DNA of 64,000 bases from Leucoraja erinacea (Eukaryota). Numbering within the stretch: position 1 is the stretch's first letter; each line of letters opens with the position of its first letter. The translations under genes were made by a program, and so were the position numbers. Shown one piece after another: positions 23,001-35,000 of the stretch. The stretch spans positions 34,100,001 through 34,164,000 of the forward strand of contig NC_073391.1 of assembly GCF_028641065.1 (NCBI RefSeq). Direction: 5' to 3'. The notes below the pieces were generated by a model. That model had not been told where the DNA came from. It did not search any database and worked only from the letters and a program-made list of their open reading frames with translations.

Positions 23001-26000
23001 GATACTTTGGCAGGGGGCAAAGTCCGTTTAGCAGTCTTATAGCCTGTGGGAAGAAGCTGAGGAGCATCCTGCTGGTTTTGCAGCTAATGCTCCTGTACCT
23101 CTTCCCAGATGGCAGGATGGAGAATATGTGATGCGATGGGTGGTTCACTTTAAGAATAGAATCAAGAATTATCCCTTTGTCTCCCCTGCATTCAGACGTG
23201 TAAGGTAAATTCTGTGTAGCTGAACAAAGGGAATTGTGGGTAAGACAATCATGGTATTGTCTGCATCCCCTAATTTGTTTGTCCAAGTTGTCTAGTAATT
23301 ATTTTTTTCGGGTCTCTCTTTGCTAAACCCAGTTGTGGATATTCCATTTTATGTTGCAGAATAAAAACAAAGTACGTACTTGTGATGTGGTTGCCTGTGC
23401 CACAGATTTGCCTTTGTACATTAAGAAGGCAAAATGAATGAACTGCATTTACAAGCTAATGCTCTGGTAATATTGCCTGACGGGTGAGAGGGAGTACTGG
23501 CCAACAATATTTTGCGTCATACAGTGCCAAAATAGATCCCTCGACCCAACTTGTCAATGCCAACAAAATATGTAATCTAAGCTCTAGTTGCATTTGGCCC
23601 ATATATCGATAAATCTTTCCTGCCCATGTTCCTGGCCAAATATCTTTTAAACATTATAATTTGTACTTCTAAAGCTTCCTCTTGCAGGTAATTATTTGTG
23701 CCCTTCTGTGTTGGAAAGTTGCCACCTTGGGTCGCTATTAAGTCTCTATTCTCGTATCTTGAAGCTGTCCTCTAGTCTCAGATTCTCTAGAGCTGGAAAA
23801 AGAACAGTGACCATACACATTATAAAGGGGGAGAAATCCTAGCCTCTCCAACCCTTTGTAACTCAAGTCCTCCGATCCCAACAACATCCTCGTGAACTTT
23901 TTTTGCACTCCTGATCTTGGTGCCCTGACTGATGAAAGCAAGCCATGCCAAACAGTCTTCACCACCCTGAGGACCCGTGTCGCCAAGTTCAGAGAACTAT
24001 GTACTTGTACTCCTGGGTCTCTCTGTTCTACAACATTCTCCAGAGTCCTATCATTTACTGTGCAAATCCTGTCCTGGTTTAACTTACCAAATTGTGACAT
24101 CTCACACTTGTCCGAGAAACGTTCCATCTGCCATTCCTTGGCCCACTATCACAGAATGATTGCAAAGGGCTGGCTTTGTTTACGATGCAGGGATGCATCC
24201 CATCTTTATTATCAGTGTTATTTCCTGCTCCTCACAAATCTGTTAATGTGGCCAGAGATGACTTGCACGGTTGTATTTCATTCCCACCTTGTTGATGTCC
24301 CTGTTCTGCTGACATTGACAAGAATGGTAGTTTAGCACTGAATGAAAAGTCAATTTTGAAAATTACATTTGTAAGAAATACTAATTGTTTGAAAATGGTA
24401 TCCACTAAGACGTTTTGACTAACTAACTGTGGGTCACAAAATGGGAAGTGAAATGGCCTGATTAGATGGCATGATATCCTCCAAGACATTCTGTTCCCTA
24501 TTGGAATCATTGTGACACCTGTTCTCTAATAACATTGGGCACTCATATGGGCAGCATTTTGTTTCCTTTCAATCCAGTATATAGTCTTAATCAACTGTTT
24601 TAATTACCCCCAGGACCCTATTTTGTTGAGGCTTATTAATCTTTGAGGGTTATGTATAATCTCCCGTGTCTACCTATTCTCGGTTTTGCTTTCTTGAGGA
24701 TGGTTTGAATAAACTCAGTGAACTCGCATTCAGTGTAGGAAAGAACTGCAGATGCTGTTTTAAATCGAATGTAGACACAAAATGCTGGAGTAACTCAGGC
24801 AGCATCTCGGGAGAGAAGGAATGGGTGACGTTTTGGGTCTAGACCGTCATCAGTTTAAACCAGCATCTACAGTTCCTTCTTACACGGTCCATGACATCCA
24901 TTGGTCTGTCAAAACGGGTAATCCAGGAAGGCTCTGGAACAAAGGGTGCTGGAAAAGAAATCTAAACTGGGGTGCTGGTGCGTACATCAGTTTGCAATGA
25001 AATTCCTTGCTCGCGTGAAGCTCAGAGTAAACAGCTGATTGTAATGATGGACACAACAATAAATTCAACACATGCAAAAGTGCAGAATGGTGCAAAGAAA
25101 CCCTGCAATAAAGACGAACCAAATGAGGTAGAGTCAAGAGTAAGAGTACGTGACAGCAGCTCCATGATGGTGGATGTGAAAGAGGTGATTGGTTCAGAAG
25201 TCCGAGAGCAACCGGAAAGCTGTTCCAGAATCTGGGCATCTAAGCCTTCTAGTTCCTGTATCTTCTCCCAGAAGGTAGAACTGACAAATGGCCAGAATTG
25301 CAGGCATCCTTAATGGCCCAGTCTTGCTGATGCATTGCACCGTGAAGATGGACTGGATGGAAGGAAGTGACGAACCTGTGATGGACTGGGTTGTGTCCAC
25401 CACTCTGTAGACTCGGGCAGTCAAGACCAGTGCAGTTGCCATACACGGCTGAAATGCATTCCATCAGAATATTTTCAATAAAAGTCCTGGCAGTCATCTC
25501 TATATTAATTACCAATCTCAACACCATGAAACAGCTAAGGTAGAGACAAAATGCTGGAGTAACTCAGCGGGACATGCAGCATCTCTGGAGAGAAGGAATG
25601 AGTGACGTTTCGGGTCGAGACCCTTCTTCAGACTGAAGGGTCTCGAGTCTCGACCTAAAACGTCACCTATACGAAATTGGAGACATGGAGCTCCAGGAAG
25701 AGTGAAACGTTACTGGAATGGATCGCTTAGGCTTCCGGGGAGCTGAGATACTGGCCCGCAAGTCAGCCTCAGAACTCGGATATGGGAACAGATCCTCTGG
25801 CTGGGCCGGAGAGTGGATACGAAAATGTAGTAACATGGAACTACTTGACTGGGTGATTGACGGTCTATGTTTACTCAGTGGGCGGAAGGGCTTCTTTCCA
25901 TGCTGTATCTTTCAATCAAACAATAACCACTAGTGTGGCTATTTTCTTACTAAATTAACCTAAATAGCCTTTGAACTTTCCTCTTGCCAGTCATGGAGTT

Positions 26001-29000
26001 TCAGCGCAGTTTGTTTTTATTTAGAGCGTGACCAGAAATGTGAGTTCAGACAGCAACCATCTGTCATAGGCTGCCTGAATGCAGGGGATGGGATCTGTAC
26101 TCAGCAGATTGACATTGACTGTGGAGGATACTCTTTCATTTAGACCTCTCACTGCATGTAAATGTGCCAGTTCTATTTGGCAACGTGGGAGCATATTTGG
26201 TTTGATGTAATTGTGACTAGACATGATTAGTAAAGGAATCTGTTGCCGTGTTTTGTGCTTGGTTTCGAGATCACTAATTAGCAAACCAACTGTTTAGTTT
26301 CTGGCACTCTGCTAAGCATACAGTGGTGCCTACAATGCAAAGGGATCTCATTTGTCATCCTTCAATTGAAAAAAAATTGTGACAACATGCCTCATGCCAA
26401 AATGTTGGGATGCTATATATCTTTTCAGTGCATGCTTTAGGACTGTACAATATTTCTAATGTGTCTTCCTCTGCAGAGGCAAAACAACCGTGATGCCATT
26501 CAGCTGACAAAGGTTCCATTTAATGGATTTTTAAAAAAACACTTAATTTTCCAAGGGCAATTGAGGAAGGATAATATTTACATGCAATAATTTACGAGAT
26601 ACTTGCCCGATAAGTGCTTAATTGTAACCTTTTTCCTATTTATGGCAAAGGTCAAAGCATAAATATGTTCAGCATTGTATAAGGGCTGATTACTGGTGGA
26701 TTGGAGCTGGTGATGTGGTAGTTTTGCTGTGAGGCTATTGGCTCTTGGGTTGCCCGGGCAACACTTGTTCTGCATCAAGGAATTTGGGAACAGCTGTTTG
26801 TGTGTAAATGGCTTGTGTGACCTGGGTTTAAAACAGCGTGCCGTGCGCACAAAGCCGGCTTCACCGCAGAATTTCCCAGTTTAGTGCCATGAAACCTTAA
26901 CTATAACCAAGCACTTAACACCGCAACAGATTCCTTTACTAATTGTGTCTGTTTAAATGAGGGGGGGGGGGGCATATTGAAGGAGAACACAGTTGCAGAG
27001 CTGGGTGACCAACCTTTGCGGAGGGATGCAAAAGCAAGGAAAAGATTTGAATGTGTTTCGGGATGCGTTGGGAGGCACTGCAGATGCTGGTTTAAAACCA
27101 AAGACAGACACAAAAGGCTGGCATAACTCAGCGGGTCAGGCAGCATCTCTGGAGGGTTGGGACCCTTCTTCAGTGTTTTGCTGGGTACCAGAACGGTTCA
27201 ACAAACACAGTGGTGATTAGTGAAAGACACAAAATGCTGAAGTACCTCTGGGATAGGCGGCATCTCCAGTGATGCTGCCTTTCCCACTGAGTTACTCCAG
27301 CATTTTGTGTCTATCTTTGGTTTAAATCAGCACCTGCAGCTCTTTCCTACACATGGTGATTTGTGAACTGGACATGGTATGAATTTAAAGATAGCGGTTT
27401 GGGTTAATAGGCTGCTAAATGTAGGGTGGAGGCTAGTTGTGAATGCAGTGAAATCAATTTGAGGTACAATTCAAGGTTTCAGTCCTGGCTTAATTGAAAT
27501 AGGAGGTATAATTAATGTTTCAGATGAAAATGGGTGGATATTAATCACATTGGCGTCCTTTAAATAATTAATCTCTTCACCCCAGCAGTGATTTGGAGTC
27601 TCAATCCTTACATCCATCTTTCAAGCCATTCCTTTAATTCCCTTTGACTGGTCTAATGATTTTGAAAGAACCACATGTCAAATTGCAACTATCAGACTGT
27701 GTCATTACTGTTAGCATTAGGTGTCATAGGATGTTTTGACATAAATGGTGTACATCTCCCTGCTCCCCACTTTTATGTCACTGCTTTCTCAGTGCTTCAT
27801 GTTCTGACACAAGTGTACTGTAATCTTCTGAGTCTTTAAAATATCAACCTACTTTCAGTGTTGGACACATTTTAGTGCCTTTCACAAGCAAACAACAAAC
27901 TCCTGGAGATATTGTGCAGGTCAGGCAGAGTCTGGGCAGGGAAATGAGCACGAATAGGGATCCAGACCAGAAACATCTCCTATTCATTTCCCTCCATGAT
28001 TGCCGACTGGCCTGCTACTCTCTTCTGTTTTTTTTTTTTTGCATTGGATTCCAGCATCTGCAGTCTATGATCATCTAAATGTTTTGTTCATGTTAATAAT
28101 GACAACCAGAGGCCAAAGATGATGTTCAAAACTTCAAAACTTTTTTTTAAGACACTTATGTGGCAGATTTAATGTTTTGATTGCACCCCAGATAGTAGAG
28201 AACTTCTTCAGTACTTCAATGGAATGGTGTGAATTATACACTCCATCCACAAGAATTCTTGTTTGCAATTTTCAGAATTAATCAGTGCCTACACTAATAT
28301 TTTACATGAAATAGACCTCACTTTTCTTCTTACTTTGAACAGCGACACAGCACAGACCAGAACTGTGTATAGTACTTTAAATATATGGCCCTAACATGAC
28401 ATCCCACCTCCTGTATGAATTATTTCGACTGATGAAAGCCAGCACTCCAAATGCCGTCTTCAGACTGTTTATCTGTGTCGGCACTTTCATGGAATTGTGT
28501 GCCCACACTACTCGGTGCCTCTGTTCCACAATACTCCCTACCACTTTCACTGTAGTTAGGAACCTGGTTTAACTTATCAAAATGCAACCCCTCATATTTA
28601 TCTTGATTTAAACTCCATCTGCCATTCCTCAGCCCACTGGCCCAGTTGATCAAGATCCTGCTGTAATCTTAGATGGCCTCCTTTGTTATCCACTTTGCTG
28701 CTAATTTTAGTGTCTCGAAAGAATGTGTCCTTGGAAATGCCTCCTAATTCAAAGCTACAGGCAATACATATAATATAATAAAAAATAACTGCAGATGCTG
28801 GTTTATGCCATAGATAGACAGAGTACACACTGTCCTTACTAGCTTTATTAGACACATAGTCATGAATGAATAAAAATACATTTTATTGAATTGTAGTTTT
28901 GCTTGTATTTCATATTTAATACCATGTTATTATTTGCTTACCATCAAATCCTTTGGGCAGATATGTGAAATTTGTGCCATTTGCAGTATTTTATTTTTTT

Positions 29001-32000
29001 AATCTGTTCTTTTCCGATTTCCTAGGATTTTATGGGCGGCCCTGGAGCATGGAACAGAGAAGGGAGCTCTTCAGAAGGTGTGTTTCTGTAACTCATCTCG
29101 GGTGTATTTTGAAGTTGACGGTCTCTTCAAACTAAATCGGCAATCTCATGACTCGCTTTATTTATTAACCCTGCGTGAATCCACATACAGAGAAATTATA
29201 GTAACGTGAATTGTCACTGAGGAAAATGAACTTTCTTTTCACCTTTGAAAGTATTGATAACTAACCTACAGTCTACTGCCATTGGATCAAATTGAGATTC
29301 TAAAGCTGTTGTCTCCACTCTAGCTAGAAGTTATTCTCACTAATAACTTTTCTTTGTGGATTTTAATCTTCAATGTATGTTTTTTTTTCCTTTAATGTAT
29401 GCTTGTATGTTTAATTTGGTTTGTAATGTTACAGATTTAACACTTTAGTTTTGAAGGAACTGTTATCAAATAGTTACGCGTGCTTCCTTTGAGGCTGATT
29501 TAGCCCTTTTTCTTCCTCTTCCAAATCTGGTCATCTGAACTGGTGTGTTCTAGTTTTATCTAAAACTCCAGCATTTTGGATACTTCAGTGCAGAGAGGCT
29601 TAATGTGCGTTTTTATTGTTACATTCTTCAACAGAATGCGTCGATGGGGATTGAACACATACCTATATGCACCAAAGGATGATTATAAGCACCGAATGTT
29701 CTGGCGAGAGATGTATTCTGTTGAAGAAGCAGGTGAGTCTCAGTTCCATTATTCCCTTTCTGTTAATGTTGCACAATTTAGTTCAGTTCAGAGGTGGAGC
29801 ATGGAAACTGATTCCAAGCCAACCGTTGATCACCCGTTCACCTTAGTTCTATGTTATCCCACTTTTTCATCTGCTCCCTACAGCCATTAGGGGCAGTTTA
29901 CAGAGGCCATTGTGCTTGCATGTCTCTGGGGTGTGAGAGGAAAGCGGAGCACGCGGAGGAAGCCCACGCAGTTACAGGGATAACGTGCCAATTCCATGCA
30001 GACAGCACCTGAGGTCGGGATCGAATCCGGGTTTCTGGTGCTGTTTATCCTATATGCGGATTTTCCTTTGATGGAGCTCCACCACTAGTTGAACACACTC
30101 AGTCCCGGGAAGAGGCATAGTGAAGTGTACGTTTCATGAGTCAAGAGTGTTTAATTGTCAGATGTCCTGACAACCGACCTGACATTCTTCCTTACTGTAG
30201 CATAGCAGGCCTTAAACAGGGTATACATAAATAATATATAACAGAAATTTTGTAAAGTCATAAATTCTGATGGTGTTTTGGGTCAGGACCTTTCTTCTGA
30301 CTGAACAGTTTCTTATTTCGGCATCTTTCTGATGAATGGTCCTGACCTAAAATGTCTCTCTGTCCATTCCCTCCGCTGATACTGCCTGACCCGCTGTGTT
30401 CCTCCAGCACTTTGTTTTGCTCAAGATTCCATCGTCTGCAGTTTCTTATTTGTCGGTTCATTGGCCTTTTCAATGTCCTGTTGTACCAGCGGTGTGCTGT
30501 TGTCTGGGAGTTGTCCATTCCTTGGCTCTTAGATTGATTGTTTTCTTTAACATTTCTGCTGCAAAGCTTTTGTTTATTCATCTTTTTCCTGTTCCAGAGC
30601 AATTGATGCAGCTGATTACTGCAGCAAAAGAGCACAGTATTGAGTTTGTCTATGCCATATCACCTGGACTGGATATCACTTTCTCTAATCAGAAGGAGGT
30701 TGCAACTCTTAAACGAAAATTGGATCAGGTGAGTGTTTTTATGATATTTGTGGAAGTCATAATCAATTTTGTAACTCAACTTTTTCAATTGCCAACCAGG
30801 TGAATGGGGTTGGAACTGATTTTGCTATTGGAAGAATAACGTTAGGATGGAAAGGGTGCAGAAAAGATTTACGAGGTGCTGCCAGGATTTGAGAGCCTGA
30901 CTTGGAGGGAGAGGTTAGGCAGGCTAGGTCTTGGAAACATAGGAAATAGGTGCAGGAGTAGGCCATTCGATCCTTCGAGCCAGCCATTTAATATGATCAC
31001 GGCTTATCATCCAAAATCAGTACCACGTTCCTGTTTGCTCCCCATATCCCTTGATTCCCTTGGGGCTAAGAGCTATATTTAACTCTCTTGAATGCATCCA
31101 GTGAATTGACCAGTACCCTCAATACCATGTGCTCTAATTTTGCTAACTGCACTCTTGTGTGGGACCTTGTATAATGCATCTTATTAAGTTGTATGAAATC
31201 ATGAGGGGAATAGATGTGGTGAATGTGCAGTCTCTTACCCAGAGTAGAGGAATCAATAACCAGAGGACCGTGGTTTAAAGAGAGGGGAAAGAGTTAAAAG
31301 GAACCCAAGGAGAAAAAGAGGATGGTGGGTACATAGAACGAGCTGCCATAGGAGGTAGTTGAGGGAGGTATTACAACAACATTTAAAAAGCATTTGGACA
31401 AGTACATGGATAGGAAAGGTTTAGAGGGATTTTGGCCAAATACAGGCAGCTGGGACTAATGTTGATGGGGCATCTTGGTCGGCTAGGGCAAGTTCGGCCA
31501 GGGGAGTCATTTCAGTTAATGAACACTATCTTCCTGTTTTACAGGTGTCACAGTTTGGTTGCAAGTCTTTTGCACTGTTATTTGATGACATTGACCACAA
31601 CATGTGTCCAGCAGATAAAGAGGTCTTCAGCTCATTTGCGCATGCACAACTCTCAGTTACTAACGAGATTTATCAGTATCTGGAAGAGCCGGAACACTTT
31701 TTATTCTGTCCAACTGGTGAGTATGCAGAAATATTTCATACTGTAATGCAACCTGGGTATAAGGTTTCTGCTGCCCGGGAGTCTGTAATTATTCTTTTCC
31801 TCCTTGTATTTGATAGCTGCAAAGGTGTTCTTGACTCCAGGGCAAAGCCATACATTTTGAGGGTGCAGAATTGACTCTTTTGATTTAAAACTCTACAGAA
31901 ACATTCTTTTATCAGATGCATTTATGTACTTGCTGATCTTTGAGTCGTAAGGCTGGTTATCTTTTCTGGTTATATAGCTGTAGAATTACCAAAGTAATTC

Positions 32001-35000
32001 TTTGAACTTTACTGTAATTTGCCTGTTGTTTAAAAGGAAGAAGTTCCAAAAAAGGTTTTTGTATAAATGAACAGTGCCCCCTCGTGAGATTTGTTTTAGT
32101 CATGTGTGAAGAAATTGTGTTTCCCAGTGTTCTATTTCACAATCGACTCTCGGCTCTGTGCAAATACAAAAATCTGACGTCCAGTAAAGTTAGTTCAAAG
32201 GCTTTGTGCTACCAAAGGGGTTCTGGGGCTGAAGTAGGAGTTGCTTTAAAATCAATGTCAAAAGTATATATGTCGAAACGAGTAACTGCAGATGCTGGTT
32301 TACAAAAAAAAAATCCCAAAGCACTGGAGTAACTTGAGTCAGACTGTAGTCTGAAGAAGGGTCCCAACCTGAAACGTCACCTCTCCATGTTATCCAGGGA
32401 CCCACTGATTTACTACATCACTTTGTGTCTAAAATGTACTTATTTGTCACTTGTCTCTGCAATTTCAACATTTTCCAATGGATCTCTGTGGCAGTGGCCT
32501 TGTATGCAATGTATGCATACCTATTTATTAGTGTCAGTATTCCAAAGGAATGCTAACATCTTAATTGCCCTTAAATTGTGTTGTTTTTATTTAACCAGTA
32601 TTGGGAAATGCAGTGCCCTTGGTGTTTATCAAAGCTAAAAAATGCTCAATTCTTGAGTGACCAAATCAATCACCCGATCTGAACCTAATTGAGCATGCCT
32701 TGTATATGCTGAAGAGAAAACTGAAGGGGACTAGCCCCCAAAACATGCATACGCTAAAGATGGCTGCAATACAGGCCTAGCAGAGCATCATCAGAGAAGA
32801 CACCCAGCAACTGGTGATGTCCATGAATCACAGACTTCAAGCAGTCTTTGCATGCAAACTATGTGCAACAAAATACTAAACATGACTAATTTCATTTACA
32901 TGATATTGCTGTGTCCCAAACATTATTGTGCCCTGAAATGGGGGGACTATGCATAAACACTGCTGTAATTTCTACATGGTGAAACCAGAATGTATAAAAA
33001 TGGCCTTTAGTAAAATTTGTCAATGTGCACTTTAACATGTGATTTTTTTTTTACTATTACAAATCTCAAATTGTGGAGTACAGAGGCAAATAAACACATG
33101 ATGGGTCTTTGTCCCAAACATTATGGAGGGCACTGTATTTCAAATTTATCTGTCTCCCCTTTTCCTCTTTTTGGGGCCAATATGCCTATCCCTGAAGACA
33201 CATTTTGTACTGGTATTTTGTGAGTAGTTCACTCTATAACAGCGTTCTAATCCCCTGACAATTTTCTGTGGGGGGGAAAATGTTTTCTGCAAAATAATCT
33301 GAGTTTGAAACTTGACTTGAATTACTAAGCCCAGGGGTGCAGATTGAGATCTCTGGCTTCTATGCTTACTGAAAGAAAATTAACCTAATTCTGTGTTCCC
33401 CAACCCCTTGCATTGGAGTCTAGTTAAGGTTGAATTTGAATCTTTAATGTTTTAATTTAGTTATAAATATCAGTGCTGCAATGGTAGAGTTGCTGCCTCA
33501 TGTCACCGGGGTCCTGGGTTTAACCCTGACTATAGTGCTGGCTGGCGTTTATACGTTCTTCCTGTGACTGCGTGAGTTTTCTCCAGTGCTCTGGTTTCCT
33601 CCCACATTCAGATTCAGGTTCGGATTCAATTTTAATTGTCATTGTCAGTGTACAGTACAGAGACAACGAAATGCATTTAGCATCTCCCTGGAAGAGCGAC
33701 ATAGCAAACGATTTGAATAAATAATAATAAGTGTCTGGGGGGGGGTGGTGATTGGCAGTGAGGTACGTTGTAGGTTAAGTTGAAGCTTTTCGACCTGTGA
33801 AATTGCCTTTGTGTGTACGTCCATGTGGGGTGAGTGAAAGTGGCGATGCTAACGTAGACTCAATGGAGGGGAGCTAGGGCAATACAAATGTTCCGATCGA
33901 TGCAGTTGCCATACCATCGTGATGCAGTTGGTACACTCAGTGGACGGTAGAAGGGATCCGTGGGTTTCGAATGCTTTTGCACATACAAAGAGGCTCTAAA
34001 CTTGCCTTTGTGTGTAAAATATAGATAAATCAATAACATTGTGGCTGTAATGTCAAGGTAATAAAAGTGCTTGATTGCAAACAGTAAATCGGGTAAAATG
34101 TGTGAGAAACTAACTGCTTCTTGATGTGTAGGTCCAAAAGTCGTGTCCAAAGATATCTCTGTGGATTCTATTGAAGAGGTCACCAAAATATTGAAGAGGT
34201 CTCCTCTCATCTGGGACAATCTACATGCCAATGATTACGATCAGAAGCGCCTCTTCCTTGGGCCGTACAAAGGGCGGTCAACTGAGCTCATTCCACGACT
34301 GAAAGGAGTATTAACGAACCCCAACTGTGAATTTGAAGGGAACTTTGTTGCCATTCACACGCTGGCTACCTGGTACAAATCCAACATGAATGGTGTGAGG
34401 AAGGATGTCGTAATGAGTAAGTAGACTGCATGAAACTCGGCTGCAGGCTTCATCTGACATTTGTGACTTTAGTATTGTTTCCAATATTGGTAGAGGTGCA
34501 TTAAACATTTGGGTACAGTTGGTTGTAACCTCAGAAAACCCAATTGTTTTCTTTTATTTAACATTATTATAACATTAACTCAACATTAATTGGTGGTAAT
34601 TATTTCCTCCACCTGTGGATGTATGATGACTTTGAAGATGAGGCTGAAATTGGCACCAATGTTTGTATTCAATGCCTGCTGTATGTACAGCTGAAGCTGT
34701 TGGGGGAAGTGCTGCTGTTGGTATTCTTGTGCATCAGAGTGTGAAGCTGGGATCTTGCTGTTCCTTACCACATTCCATAGGATTTCAGTCTTGTAACAAG
34801 TGACTATACTGTACTTTGTGTTAACTGACAGTAAGTACCTCTGGTTTAGTCAGAAATGTCACAGGATAATGTTGGCAAAATGATAGCCACCGCACCTTCT
34901 CTGTTCTCTCCTGTGACTTCTGCATTTATTTGGAATATTAGTTCTTAATGCTGATTTTATTATGGGTTATGCAGTAAAGCCATCCTTTTTCTTTCCTCCA

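Noticed and set aside
28420-28653. ORF-track peptide containing EYCGT, which resembles the start of the missing OGA exon 6
   Set aside because: It is on the minus strand inside a CR1 fragment, is an off-frame reading of the CR1 (S)IVEQR motif, and has no further similarity.
32481-32580. [16 protein letters not shown], weakly collinear with exon 6 (C, G, N, V and Y at matching positions)
   Set aside because: No AG acceptor or GT donor, two in-frame stops and low identity. It is compatible with chance and cannot be called an exon relic without alignment statistics.
34640-34745. GTNVCIQ...LKLLGEVLL, vaguely like exon 6
   Set aside because: It lies after exon 7, lacks suitable splice sites, and the similarity is not significant.
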